Source of the DNA: a virus
Taxonomy: Duplodnaviria > Caudoviricetes
DNA length: 64,000 nucleotides
Strand: one strand, 5' to 3'
Virus record (IMG/VR): IMGVR_UViG_3300022407_004352
Coordinates: 1-64,000 of that record
Below the pieces are notes generated by a model, which was not told where the DNA came from, ran no database searches, and saw only the letters and a list, made by a program, of their open reading frames with translations. Of this stretch, positions 47,279 to 57,924 are shown one piece after another. The position numbers and the translations under genes were made by a program. The stretch's first letter is position 1, and each line of letters opens with the position of its first letter.

Positions 47279-48799
47279 ATGAAAATTTTAAAGGATTCCA
47301 CATACGAACAGCTCCTATCCAAACAAACCGAGTTGGAGAAAACTATTGTAGAGTTAAAAAAGACTGTTCAGATTGATGGTAAACCAGTAGTAGTAGGACC
47401 CGGGGCCAGTAGCTCCCGTGATCTACCCGGAACTACCGGTTATGGATATGCGAGCTTAAATGCTCAGATGAAAGTTATTCCTGCGGAGTTTGAGTTTGAG
47501 GTAATTCCTCTTATCCGGAAATTAGCCAAGATCAATCCGGATATGTCACAAGCTCTCGGTGACTTCACGAAATTAGCTAATACTGGACATAAGATTAAGT
47601 TTGACCCCTCTGTAGGAGAGGCCCAAGTAGAGTTGATGCGTCAATTCATCATGGATAGTGCTAAGGGTTGGCATGTTGGAACAGCTAGTATGTCCGGAAT
47701 TACCAACAAGATGTTTCGCCAAGCAATGATAGGGGGTGCTATCTCTACGGAGTGGGTTCCTAATATCAACTTGGATAACCTGGAAGAAGTTAGATTCATA
47801 AATCCCGAAACTATTCGGTTTGTATTAGATAAGAATCAAAAGGGTTATCAGCCTTATCAAAAGGTAAAAAATAAGCCTATTATTAATTATAGCAAGGATT
47901 TAAAGAAGTTAAACTCCAATCAATATAAATACCTAGCATTAAACGGGGATACGGACTTACCTTATGGAACACCCCCATATTTGGCTGCACTAGACCCCAT
48001 CAATACTCAGCAGCATATGATTCAAAATATCAAGTTCATTGTAACACTACTTGGTATATTAGGATACGTAGATGCCCGGATTGAAAAACCGGACCGGCTA
48101 GAGGGGGAGAATGATGATGCCTATAATGCTAGACTTATGAGTTTTCTTACAACTTTCAAGGAGAGAGTAATAGCAGGGGTAAGGGATGGAGCTAATGTGG
48201 GATATAAGGAAGACCATGAATTTGAATTCAAACAAACTGCTCCTTCTGCCTCGGGTGTAAAGGATATATTCGAGCAGAATGAACTATTGGTAGCTTCGGG
48301 GTTAAGTTATGATGCAGTGTTTATGGGAAGACCGGGAGCTACCGAAACTCTAGTTACTGTACTATTCACCAAGGTATTAGCCCAACTAAAGAACATTCAG
48401 GATATTGTATCAGCTAACTTGGAATTTGGATATTCCTTCGCCCTTACATTAGGGGGCTTTAAATTCAAAAGACTTTCGGTGGAGTTTAACCGCTCCACTA
48501 TCACGGATGACCTGAAGTATCAACAGGCACAGGAGGTACTAATTCGTAACTTGGAGCACTTATATGACCAGGGGATCATTGGGCAGGATGCATTTGCAGA
48601 TGCCATGAACTTCATAAAGCCTGATCAAGCTACACCACGAATTACCCGTGAGAAGACTCCGCCAGATGCCGCTTTGAAAAAACAAGTAAAAGAAAAGGGT
48701 AAAGATGCATCGGATAGAAAGGTAAGAGATAAGAATAAACCCCAAGGCACTATCCGGAATAACGATACTTTAGATGCTAGAATGATAGCAATTAACTAA
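47279..48799 (+). CDS. portal protein
   Basis: 506 aa right after TerL; INPETIR and YGTPPY patterns. Confidence 0.8.
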   Translation: MKILKDSTYEQLLSKQTELEKTIVELKKTVQIDGKPVVVGPGASSSRDLPGTTGYGYASLNAQMKVIPAEFEFEVIPLIRKLAKINPDMSQALGDFTKLANTGHKIKFDPSVGEAQVELMRQFIMDSAKGWHVGTASMSGITNKMFRQAMIGGAISTEWVPNINLDNLEEVRFINPETIRFVLDKNQKGYQPYQKVKNKPIINYSKDLKKLNSNQYKYLALNGDTDLPYGTPPYLAALDPINTQQHMIQNIKFIVTLLGILGYVDARIEKPDRLEGENDDAYNARLMSFLTTFKERVIAGVRDGANVGYKEDHEFEFKQTAPSASGVKDIFEQNELLVASGLSYDAVFMGRPGATETLVTVLFTKVLAQLKNIQDIVSANLEFGYSFALTLGGFKFKRLSVEFNRSTITDDLKYQQAQEVLIRNLEHLYDQGIIGQDAFADAMNFIKPDQATPRITREKTPPDAALKKQVKEKGKDASDRKVRDKNKPQGTIRNNDTLDARMIAIN

Positions 48800-48810
48800 A
48801 TAAAACCATT

Positions 48811-49110
48811 ATGGAATTTTTAGAAGTATTAAAACCCTATATCTATACTGAATATGCTTTTGGTGTAGTAGCTTTTGTAGAATTTATCCGATGGATAGTT
48901 ACCGGAGTAGATAAGGTGATTAAACCCCGGTGGTTAACCCTCATCGTAGCTACCTTTCTAGGAGTTGCTGGGTACTTCTTCCAAGATCAGGATTTAGACA
49001 TCGTAAAAGCCGTAACATCATTTGCCTTTGCTAATGTGGCTTATCAATACCTATGGGAACCCATTAAGAATAAGTTCTTTCCAACTCTTGTAGAAAAACA
49101 GAAAAAATAA
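48811..49110 (+). CDS. small membrane protein (holin-like)
   Basis: 99 aa with 3 hydrophobic segments. Confidence 0.5.
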   Translation: MEFLEVLKPYIYTEYAFGVVAFVEFIRWIVTGVDKVIKPRWLTLIVATFLGVAGYFFQDQDLDIVKAVTSFAFANVAYQYLWEPIKNKFFPTLVEKQKK

Positions 49111-49114
49111 CAAT

Positions 49115-50659
49115 ATGCCATTCTCCATAGAGACTTTTGGTGCTGGACATTCTCTAGTAACCAATAAATTACCCAAAAGAGTTAACCTATCCATGCTAGA
49201 AACTCTGGGGGTGGATCGTAAACCCGAAATTTCACAATTTGGGTTATTTGAAGCATCCTCACCGGATTTTAATAAATACTATCCGGATGTAACTGCTGAT
49301 GACCTAACTCCGGATGAGAAGGACTTTGTAAACCCCGTATTCAGAGCTTTATCAAAAGTAATCATCAACAAGTATGGGCCCATTGATTTTACTCAGGGTG
49401 ATGTATTGGAGAGATCAGCAAAGGGACTGATCGGCCAAGCTATCTTCACAAATCATGAGCAGATAGTTGGGAACGAGGTGGGTGTGATTACTGAAGCTTT
49501 CTTCGAGAAGCAAAGAACGTATGATGGAGTAACTATTCCTGCGGGGATTAACGTACGAATGAAACTTGACGGGAAATCAAACCCTAAATTAGTTCGTTCT
49601 ATAATGATGGACCCCCCTTCCGTACATTCCACCTCAGTAACTGTAGCTTTCAACTGGGAGCAATCTCATAAGAATCTATCAGCTGATGAGTTCTACAATA
49701 TGATGGGTAAGTTGGATGATAAGGGCAAGTTAATTCGTCGAGTAGTAACAGACATCGCTCGTTATGAGGAACTATCCTTAGTAAGTCATGGAGCTGACCC
49801 TTTTGCTCAGAAGGTGGGTACGGATGGAAAGATTGTAAACCCCGCTTATGCAGGTAAGGTTTATAAATTCAGTGAGGGTGATAACCGTCAAGTATACCAC
49901 TTCATGGATTGGAAAGAATCAGGCACAAGCACAGCATCCTTCAGCCTTTCTGATACAATACCTGCGACAGATAATTTATCTAATTCATTAAAACCAGATG
50001 AACAATTAAACAATCAACAAAAGCCTATGAATGAACAACTCTTGCAATTTTTGAGAACATTCTTTGGCTTGGATGCAAATGCTACGGAAGCCCAGGTTAC
50101 GGCCAAGCTTCAAGCAGAGCTTCCTTTATTTGCAGCCGACCGAGCATCATTGGGGCAAATAAAGACTGAGCTAACCCAGGCAAAGGATAGTTTTTCAAAC
50201 CTTCAACAGAAGTATCCGGAAGGAAGTACGGTTATTTCTAAAGAGGACAAAGAAAAGCTTGATGCACATGCTGCATTGAAAGCTAGCCTGGATTCAGTGG
50301 TCGGAATTACCCGAGCTGAATGCCTAAAACTATACCACCTATCCGTAGGGGGTTCAGCTAAAGCGGATGCTGCTATCACGAAACTGATTGCAGAATCTAG
50401 CTTGGAATCTTTGGGAGCTTTAACAAAGCAATACAAAGCCCAAGTAGAAAAGAGTTTCACTGCTACCTGTAACTCCTGTGGAGGTACCAACATTACAAGA
50501 GCTTCTTCTGCTTCAAGCGAAGATGGAATTGTATTACCCGGAGCTGGTGATCCTGAACCAATCGTAGTAAAAAATACGCTTGACGTTGCAAATGAGCTTC
50601 ACCGCAAAGCTACTGCACAAACAGTAGATGCAATTCACGGCAAATCAATCAAAAAATAA
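49115..50659 (+). CDS. prohead protease/scaffold fusion
   Basis: FTNHEQ and EELSLVSHGADP (HK97-type protease His/Ser), helical scaffold C-terminus. Confidence 0.75.
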   Translation: MPFSIETFGAGHSLVTNKLPKRVNLSMLETLGVDRKPEISQFGLFEASSPDFNKYYPDVTADDLTPDEKDFVNPVFRALSKVIINKYGPIDFTQGDVLERSAKGLIGQAIFTNHEQIVGNEVGVITEAFFEKQRTYDGVTIPAGINVRMKLDGKSNPKLVRSIMMDPPSVHSTSVTVAFNWEQSHKNLSADEFYNMMGKLDDKGKLIRRVVTDIARYEELSLVSHGADPFAQKVGTDGKIVNPAYAGKVYKFSEGDNRQVYHFMDWKESGTSTASFSLSDTIPATDNLSNSLKPDEQLNNQQKPMNEQLLQFLRTFFGLDANATEAQVTAKLQAELPLFAADRASLGQIKTELTQAKDSFSNLQQKYPEGSTVISKEDKEKLDAHAALKASLDSVVGITRAECLKLYHLSVGGSAKADAAITKLIAESSLESLGALTKQYKAQVEKSFTATCNSCGGTNITRASSASSEDGIVLPGAGDPEPIVVKNTLDVANELHRKATAQTVDAIHGKSIKK

Positions 50660-50671
50660 ACCAGAAACAAT

Positions 50672-51115
50672 ATGCCAGCAACCTTAGGCACAGCCACGGT
50701 ATCACGCTTCATGAATGAAGCTGAAGCCCATAAGCTCCATTTGGAGTTCGTAGTAGAGACTGCTCAAACCGTAAATGCGGGTGACTCAGTCATCTTAGCA
50801 GCTAACGGTAAAGTTCAGTTAGCAGGAACCACCGCCCCAGCACACACCATCATCGGTGTAGCGATCAATGCTGGAGTAGCAGGAGGTAGAGTAACAGTAG
50901 CAATGAAAGCATACTGTGTAGTAGTTGCAGAAGCTGGAGCAGCTTCTCTCAATGCAGGCCCCGTTCAGATGGGTGCTTGGAATGGAACTACCGGCCGCAG
51001 AGAATTTGTAGTAGTAACGGGAGCAGACAATGCTGCTAAGACTGCACTTCATGTGGGATTCAACCTGAAGCAGGTGGCTGCAGACGGAGACCAGATTTTT
51101 GTAGCACTTATCTAA
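50672..51115 (+). CDS. head decoration/cement protein
   Basis: 147 aa Ala/Gly/Val-rich, AGDSV..GKVQ..IIGVA, directly before MCP. Confidence 0.7.
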   Translation: MPATLGTATVSRFMNEAEAHKLHLEFVVETAQTVNAGDSVILAANGKVQLAGTTAPAHTIIGVAINAGVAGGRVTVAMKAYCVVVAEAGAASLNAGPVQMGAWNGTTGRREFVVVTGADNAAKTALHVGFNLKQVAADGDQIFVALI

Positions 51116-51128
51116 TCGAGAAAATACC

Positions 51129-52232
51129 ATGGACAAACATCAATACACAAAATCGCTTTACAAATCCCAAGTACAGGAAGTTGTTCAAGCGTGCCAGGCA
51201 CTCCGTAGAGACCCTGCGCAACCCGTGGACATTTCATTAGCAGAATTTGTTCAGGCTAAATGGGGCATCTCGATGGAGACGTTCTATAATGACCTGGGCA
51301 TTAATGCCAATATGGATGTCATTCAAAACATCTTCACCATGCCGGACACTTCGGTAAGATGGTTAGTACCTGAAATCATGAGAGATGCTCTCCGCTTGGG
51401 TTTACGTAAAAACCCAATCTGGGCAGATGTGATTGCTGCTGAGCAAGCATTATCTCAAACTCAGGCTACTTTACCACACCTGAATATGTCGGAAACTACT
51501 CCTCATTATGTGGGAGAGGGTGAGACTATCAAAACCGGTACAATCTCTTATGGTTCAAAGACCATTAAGATTCGTAAGATGGGCCGGGGTATTAAAATAC
51601 CCTATGAGGTTCAACAATATGTAAGCATCGGAGTAGTTGCCCTTTATCTACAAGATTTCGGGGTTAAACTTAACCATGCTATTGATGCCCTCATGATCGA
51701 CATCCTGATCAATGGCGAGCAATTGGATGGTAGTGAATCTGCTCCTATCGTTGGAGTTGCAACAGCTTCCACCTTTGTATACAAAGACCTATTGAAGGTA
51801 TGGATTCGCATGGCTCGTATCGGTAGAACTCCTTGGGGTATTATCGGTGGTGAGACAGCTGCCATTGACACTCTGGATTTGGCCGAATTCAAAACTCGTG
51901 CATCCGGTGATACTGAGAAACAATTAAACTTGAAGACTCCAGTACCACAAACTTCTGCCTACTACATCCACGGATCAGTACCTGCTAACCAGCAGATCGT
52001 AATTGACAGAAGCTCATCCATTATCAAATTCAATGCTCAACCACTTCTAGTGGAAGATGAGAAGATCGTATCTAACCAGACAATGGCTACTTATGCATCA
52101 TTGACTACAGGATTCGCTATCCTATACAGAGATGGCCGAGTGATTATCGACAAGAGCTTACTATTCTCTGGCAACGGATTCCCTACTTACATGGATGTCG
52201 ATCCATTGGAACAAGTGACTATTCAAGATTAA
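51129..52232 (+). CDS. major capsid protein (HK97 fold)
   Basis: 367 aa; VGEGETI, KMGRGIKIPYE; position in head operon. Confidence 0.85.
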   Translation: MDKHQYTKSLYKSQVQEVVQACQALRRDPAQPVDISLAEFVQAKWGISMETFYNDLGINANMDVIQNIFTMPDTSVRWLVPEIMRDALRLGLRKNPIWADVIAAEQALSQTQATLPHLNMSETTPHYVGEGETIKTGTISYGSKTIKIRKMGRGIKIPYEVQQYVSIGVVALYLQDFGVKLNHAIDALMIDILINGEQLDGSESAPIVGVATASTFVYKDLLKVWIRMARIGRTPWGIIGGETAAIDTLDLAEFKTRASGDTEKQLNLKTPVPQTSAYYIHGSVPANQQIVIDRSSSIIKFNAQPLLVEDEKIVSNQTMATYASLTTGFAILYRDGRVIIDKSLLFSGNGFPTYMDVDPLEQVTIQD

Positions 52233-52247
52233 TTAAACAACTAATCT

Positions 52248-52571
52248 ATGAGATATTTCATTTTAGGGAAAGAGGCCTCTATCTTCTTTGATCCGGTGGT
52301 TAACTTCAAAGTAACCACAAAGGACGAAACAGCTCCGGAAGGATATGAAGGAGTACCAACTAAGAAAATGGATGTTGCTGTAAAGCACGGCCACTTGGTT
52401 GAAGTAGATGGTCCCGAAGAAACCGGCAAGGCGGGTACAGTAAATCTCAAAAAACTCAATGATGCTGCTCTAGTAGCTTACTACAAAGAGAACTTTGATG
52501 TATCGGATGAGGACGAGAAAACCTTTAAAGCCCTAAGTAAGGCAGAGAAGATTAAATTCCTTGAAGAGTAA
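52248..52571 (+). CDS. head-module hypothetical protein
   Basis: Follows MCP; ends before terminator. Confidence 0.6.
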   Translation: MRYFILGKEASIFFDPVVNFKVTTKDETAPEGYEGVPTKKMDVAVKHGHLVEVDGPEETGKAGTVNLKKLNDAALVAYYKENFDVSDEDEKTFKALSKAEKIKFLEE

Positions 52572-52595
52572 CCGGCTCCTCTAGGTAAAAGAAGG

Positions 52596-52632
52596 AAAGG
52601 GGAAGACTACTAAAACAGTTTTCCCCTTTTTT
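52596..52632 (+). terminator. intrinsic terminator after capsid genes
   Basis: AAAGGGGAAGACT / AGTTTTCCCCTTT + TTT. Confidence 0.8.
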
Positions 52633-52656
52633 GTTAAACCATTAAACACTACATTT

Positions 52657-53208
52657 ATGAACATGACAAATATTTTAGGTAAACTTATGGGGTCGGGCTT
52701 AAATTCTCAAATCGGAGTTAAGGGCAAGATTGCCATCGTTTTGGAGAACCGAGAAGCTAGGACAAGACGGGTAATTGAAGCCCGTAATATCGTAACCGAT
52801 GCTGGGGATAAACACTATGCCCAAAGAGCTGCGGGAGAAACCCCCACGGATGCTTTTCAAACGGGACGGTTAGTTCTAAGTACCACTGGTAATGCTCCGG
52901 GTAAAGCATCCATTTACTCCGATCTTACTGGAGTAGTATCGGGATCATTGAAAGCTTTTGATGGTACTTATCCAAAAACTGCGGACGGAGATACCGATAA
53001 CACGGGAGCAGCGATCGACTCAATCACCTACAGAACTAGCTATATTACCTCGGAAGCAAATGCTGCAGGTATTACTCGGTTGGCTATTACTATTGCTTCA
53101 CCTGTGGGTGGAAGTCCATTGCTAATGTATGCCACAGTAACCTCGTTCACAAAGACCTCTTCTGATACTCTTAAGGTTTTTGTAAACCATAACTTTAACG
53201 GAATTTAA
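52657..53208 (+). CDS. virion structural protein (fibre-base-like)
   Basis: RNIVTDAG and KTSSDTLKVF patterns, Thr/Gly-rich. Confidence 0.55.
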   Translation: MNMTNILGKLMGSGLNSQIGVKGKIAIVLENREARTRRVIEARNIVTDAGDKHYAQRAAGETPTDAFQTGRLVLSTTGNAPGKASIYSDLTGVVSGSLKAFDGTYPKTADGDTDNTGAAIDSITYRTSYITSEANAAGITRLAITIASPVGGSPLLMYATVTSFTKTSSDTLKVFVNHNFNGI

Positions 53209-53220
53209 TCCGTAATTGGT

Positions 53221-53397
53221 ATGGCGAAGAAAGATGACTTAGTGTCTAATCAGATGATTAATGCCATAAAGGCGTTAATTGAAAGCAAAACAACTGAATT
53301 AGCGGTTCATACCCGTATCACTATTGGCTCCCAACAGTACAAAATTAGTGTCTATGATGAGCGTGAATATACCTACATCAGAGTACTGACTAAATAA
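53221..53397 (+). CDS. 58-aa hypothetical protein (not in ORF track)
   Basis: MAKKDDLVSNQMINAIKALIESK...YIRVLTK fills the gap between genes. Confidence 0.55.
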   Translation: MAKKDDLVSNQMINAIKALIESKTTELAVHTRITIGSQQYKISVYDEREYTYIRVLTK

Positions 53398-53403
53398 CTA
53401 CAA

Positions 53404-55293
53404 ATGGCAACTAAAACAAAGACCGTTGAATTCTGGTTTCCTCAGTTAAACACAGCTGCGGATGCCGTTGATACGAATTTTACACAGATAACGGTATATT
53501 TGCCAGAAAGCTCAAAAGTTTTCAGGTCTGTTATTCTCCATGTAGCTTATCAGGATATTAACACAACCCTGAGTGGTACTAATAACAGAAGACAGGTATC
53601 ACTTAGATTGGCTGCTGTGGCGTACTCCGTAGTTAATAACACCAACGTATATACTCTATCGGGAGAACAATTTGCATCTGAAGCAAGTGGTAACTTCACG
53701 AGCTACTTTACTACTAACTGGACAGGCACTTCAATGACCTGTGATGCTAGGTTCCTCTATGATATGAGCACTGCTACCCCCCTTGGTGCTAATAACCTTT
53801 CAGCATGCCTCACCATCACATATGATTACGATGATACAAGTGCCACTCAGATAAAGACAGTCCGTATTCCACTAAATGCTCCAGTAGCGGCATTAGGTAC
53901 AATTAAGCCAGGAGCCACCGCTTCAATACCCAACCTATCTACCTACCTTCCTGAAGCCTCAAAAACAATTAAGCAAACAGCATTTGTTGTTCAGGGAAAT
54001 GAGTCACAGGGTGGGGCTACTGTTGATATGACCTTAACTTGGCAGGTAGATACAGATGCCGTATATACTTCACAGATATTTGAAGCGGGGGGAGCTTCGG
54101 ACCGATGGTTTAGATTAGCAACGGTAGGATCATTCACAACAAATGCCTCACACTCCTGGTTTATCTGGGCCAGTGTTGCAAAGTTTTATCACCTACAGGC
54201 CTGGCTCGTTGTAACGTATGAGTATAATGAAGCGTCCACAACTAGTGTCTTTAACTCATTGATACTTCCAATGGAGATTAACTCACCCATGGGAGGAGCC
54301 ATAGCGGCTGATTACCAGAGGGGAACTCGTGATTTTTTCATAGAAGAACCCGCTACGATTACGGGTCTAGAGATAGCGTTCTATGTGTTTTGGGACCAGG
54401 CTGCGGCCATTTCAACTCTTCAGTTCCGAATAGGCACTGGGTCCTTTGTCACATATACGGACCTGGCTTCCGTTTTATGTGGTGGTAATGGAGCGATGAT
54501 TCGTAATGATGCAGCCTTCTCATTGGTTCGTGGAAGAAACACTCTGAACGCGGATTGCTGGAGGTCAGATACTGTAAACTTGGGATTTAATTTATCGGGA
54601 TTTTGGATAGTGAATTATACCTCAGCGAAAGCAACGGGGGGTACGGGTGCTCATAACCACTCCATTATTTGGAATCTTTCTCCTTATGGAACAAATGCGG
54701 CAGTCAATCTTAATACTATTGCAGCGACTAACCCCACTATTGCAGAAACTAGTTATTACCTAACCGCTATTGGCACTGCTCTTAAGTATATTTCAAATAC
54801 CAATAGTAGTGCAGCAGGTGTGACAGTTCTTGTAGAAAGACTTGCTGCAGAAGGGGGACTTATATGGGAAGCCGCCTATGTTGACATTGGACACACAGAC
54901 CCTGAGTCAGGGATTCGTCATTGTTTTTCACAAGTTAAGGACTTGTTTAAAAGATGGCCATCCGATGTCGGTGCAGATCGTATGGATTTAGAAACAGCCC
55001 GCAGATGGAGAACAGCATATGGAAACGGAATTGTGGCATTTGATCACCTTGATTTGATATACACTATCCATTCGATTACTAAAACTATATCGGGAACTGT
55101 TAGTGGCTCAGGAGGTGGAACCGTAACCCTAAGTCTTCATAGAGTCACCACTGGTGAGAAGGTCTTAGAAACATCTAGGGTGGGTAATGGCTCTTACTCC
55201 TTTACCTGGTATGATGACACCGAGCAAATGTATGTAGAAGCCCGTGAGGGGGCTACTTTTTTAGGAAGATCGGATAACGGACTAGCTACCTAA
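53404..55293 (+). CDS. beta-rich virion appendage / receptor-binding candidate
   Basis: 629 aa Thr/Ser/aromatic-rich; C-terminal Ig-like TISGTVSG..GSYSF. Confidence 0.5.
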   Translation: MATKTKTVEFWFPQLNTAADAVDTNFTQITVYLPESSKVFRSVILHVAYQDINTTLSGTNNRRQVSLRLAAVAYSVVNNTNVYTLSGEQFASEASGNFTSYFTTNWTGTSMTCDARFLYDMSTATPLGANNLSACLTITYDYDDTSATQIKTVRIPLNAPVAALGTIKPGATASIPNLSTYLPEASKTIKQTAFVVQGNESQGGATVDMTLTWQVDTDAVYTSQIFEAGGASDRWFRLATVGSFTTNASHSWFIWASVAKFYHLQAWLVVTYEYNEASTTSVFNSLILPMEINSPMGGAIAADYQRGTRDFFIEEPATITGLEIAFYVFWDQAAAISTLQFRIGTGSFVTYTDLASVLCGGNGAMIRNDAAFSLVRGRNTLNADCWRSDTVNLGFNLSGFWIVNYTSAKATGGTGAHNHSIIWNLSPYGTNAAVNLNTIAATNPTIAETSYYLTAIGTALKYISNTNSSAAGVTVLVERLAAEGGLIWEAAYVDIGHTDPESGIRHCFSQVKDLFKRWPSDVGADRMDLETARRWRTAYGNGIVAFDHLDLIYTIHSITKTISGTVSGSGGGTVTLSLHRVTTGEKVLETSRVGNGSYSFTWYDDTEQMYVEAREGATFLGRSDNGLAT

Positions 55294-55297
55294 CTAT

Positions 55298-56590
55298 ATG
55301 GCATTCGCCGACATAGCGCTTAGGGATAATGGGGCTACCGCATTTGATATACAGCTATCTACTGCGGCTAGTGCTTTATTAGTTGTTCACACGGAGACCC
55401 AACAGATAGTTGAATCCGCCCAGTTTAATATCTCATTTGTAGATGTTGTAACGGAGACGGAAACTACTGTAGAGACCCTGCTGAATCTTCTAGCTTTAAC
55501 TCGTATTACCGGGGAAACTGAGAATCTATCGGAACTTATAAACTACCTAAAGAGCTTTAACTCGTTAACTGATGAGGGTGAGCAGGTTTCCGAACAGATT
55601 GCTACTTTACTGGGCAAATTACAAACTATCAATGAGGTAAACCAGATTGCAGAAAATATTGTATCTCTTCTTCAGTTGCTTAGAGCTATACCAGAAACAG
55701 AGAACATTTCAGAAGCTCTGGTTACTGCTCTAGCTTTAAACCGGATAACATTAGAAACTGAACAACTATCAGAGATAACCCGGGTTTTACTAATACTAAC
55801 TCGGGTTACTTCTGAAACAGAGGAGTTATCAGAATTAAATCAGATAACTTTAAATCTGCTAAGGAACGCCGATGAGCTTGAGCCCATTTCCGAAGCTATT
55901 CAGTTATTATTATCCTTGGTTAGATTAAATTCTGAAACGGAGCAAATTCAGGAATCCTTAATAACAAAATTAACTGTATTCGGTGCACTTCTTCTAGTAT
56001 CTAGTGAAACGGAATCCATCAGTGAACAAATCCTTCAAAACTGGGGATATGGAAAGACTAGAACGGAAGATATTGACCTGGTCGAGGTAATCATAAATGC
56101 TATCGGTCATAGAAGAACTATTGATGAAGCGGCCCAAATACTTGAGCAGACCATACTACGAATTATTAAACTGTTGGTAGATTCTGAACAACTAACGCTA
56201 TCGGAGGCTATAAGCTTTATAAATGGCCGAATAAAAAGTACTAATGAGGTATTAACTCTATCAGAGTCATTAATCTTAAACCTAGCATACCTAAAACATC
56301 TAGTAGAAGATGAGAGGATACTTGAGGTAGTTTTAGTAGCTCTAGGAAAATCAACAGACCTAACAGAGGATGAGAATATAATTGAAAGTGTTCTAGCTGT
56401 AATTGGAGCTTCCTTCTTTATCAACTACACATACCAAGTAGATTTAATTGAGGGAGTTATTTTATACTTAGGAAAGATGAAAAAGCCCCGGTATATTACT
56501 GGAACTATAGGAAATAGCCGAGATATTAAAGCACAGCAATCAAACTCTCGGTCAGCATCGGATGGAGGTTCAAACATTAATGCCAAATAA
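55298..56590 (+). CDS. 20-aa tandem repeat virion protein
   Basis: About 17 units of RxxxETExxSExxxxxLxLx. Confidence 0.6.
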   Translation: MAFADIALRDNGATAFDIQLSTAASALLVVHTETQQIVESAQFNISFVDVVTETETTVETLLNLLALTRITGETENLSELINYLKSFNSLTDEGEQVSEQIATLLGKLQTINEVNQIAENIVSLLQLLRAIPETENISEALVTALALNRITLETEQLSEITRVLLILTRVTSETEELSELNQITLNLLRNADELEPISEAIQLLLSLVRLNSETEQIQESLITKLTVFGALLLVSSETESISEQILQNWGYGKTRTEDIDLVEVIINAIGHRRTIDEAAQILEQTILRIIKLLVDSEQLTLSEAISFINGRIKSTNEVLTLSESLILNLAYLKHLVEDERILEVVLVALGKSTDLTEDENIIESVLAVIGASFFINYTYQVDLIEGVILYLGKMKKPRYITGTIGNSRDIKAQQSNSRSASDGGSNINAK

Positions 56591-57454
56591 ATGGGTATTC
56601 AGACGAGAAAAGTAGACTTAAATATAGTAAAGGGAGATCGTGATACTCTATCATGGACTTTAACTGAAACTATTGATGGTGTAACTTCACCCTATCCTAC
56701 CGTGGGTAAAGTTTATTCATTGGAAGTATTCAACCGGGATGCTACCCCGGTTTTGTTATTTCCAAAGATAACCCCGGCAACGGATCAGGGGTTAGGGTAT
56801 GTATCATTTGAACTCCAATCACCCCAAACTGCTTTTTCCGGGGTATATGATTATTTCTTATGGGAAGAGGTTGGAGTAACTGAGGTATTAACAATAGCCT
56901 ATGGAAGCATTACCTTTTTGGATTTATCCAAATATGTACCTTTCAGAGATTTTGTAACAGCTGAAACTCCGGGTGGCTTAGTAATTCCCGAATTGTACAT
57001 TAATGCTAAATCCCTAGAGTACCGATCCATATTTAAACTTCATACAAATAGTGCCCTGGAGTTGGCTAATGCCAATGATGAGACTACCTGGCCACTACTC
57101 TACAATATGCTTATCGCTAAACTAGTGGTACATGACTTCTTATTACGAGGTTTAAAAGCTTCTTTGGTTCAAGGGGCAGATGGTGAGGAAGGTAATACTG
57201 CAAATGTCAAGTCGATTGAGACAGGGCCCAGCAAGGTGGAGTTCCAAGATAGCCTTAGGGGTTTATCCACTTTTATGAAAACCACTGCCGGTGAAAACGC
57301 GATGGATGCTTTGAGAACTGATATTTGTGGATTAGCTTCGGGTTTAAAAATACATTTAGGCATATGCAAAGCAAGAAATAATCCGGTAGTATCTTTAAAA
57401 GGAGAATTACCGACTGATCCGGATGCTATAGAGATATTAAATAAATATTACTAA
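56591..57454 (+). CDS. head-tail adaptor-like protein with N-terminal fibre-attachment domain
   Basis: IVKGDRDTLSWTL N-domain; VKSIETGPSKVEF in C-domain. Confidence 0.55.
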   Translation: MGIQTRKVDLNIVKGDRDTLSWTLTETIDGVTSPYPTVGKVYSLEVFNRDATPVLLFPKITPATDQGLGYVSFELQSPQTAFSGVYDYFLWEEVGVTEVLTIAYGSITFLDLSKYVPFRDFVTAETPGGLVIPELYINAKSLEYRSIFKLHTNSALELANANDETTWPLLYNMLIAKLVVHDFLLRGLKASLVQGADGEEGNTANVKSIETGPSKVEFQDSLRGLSTFMKTTAGENAMDALRTDICGLASGLKIHLGICKARNNPVVSLKGELPTDPDAIEILNKYY

Positions 57455-57924
57455 TGACCTTAATAGGGAACTCCATTTGGAATCGGTATAAAAAAATTAT
57501 CGACGATGTGCATGAGGACTTTAACCAGGATATAATTACCTGGAAAAGGAATCTACCTACTACTGTCAATTTTTTTAACGAACAAGAGAATCAGGAGTAC
57601 ACTAGTATTGACTTGAGAGTATTAGTGGGCTATAACTACTTCCGAACTTGGCCTATCACTAGGCATAATGAACAGGGGGAATCTGACAACCAGAACATGA
57701 TCATTATGATCAACCGTTCATACCTATCAAGGTTAGGCTACCTCACGGAAAAAGGTTATTTTGATTTTAAACCCGACAAAGATTACTTCTTTCATCGAGG
57801 TATAAAGTATAAATCAGAGGGGGACACTTTACTAAGTCAAGCAAAGGACACTCCATTATTCATACAGTTGGTATTACGTAGAGAAGAATTACTATCAGGT
57901 GAAGATCAATTTAAACAGGTATGA
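57454..57924 (+). CDS. head closure/neck protein
   Basis: Position, size and beta-rich composition. Confidence 0.55.
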   Translation: MTLIGNSIWNRYKKIIDDVHEDFNQDIITWKRNLPTTVNFFNEQENQEYTSIDLRVLVGYNYFRTWPITRHNEQGESDNQNMIIMINRSYLSRLGYLTEKGYFDFKPDKDYFFHRGIKYKSEGDTLLSQAKDTPLFIQLVLRREELLSGEDQFKQV

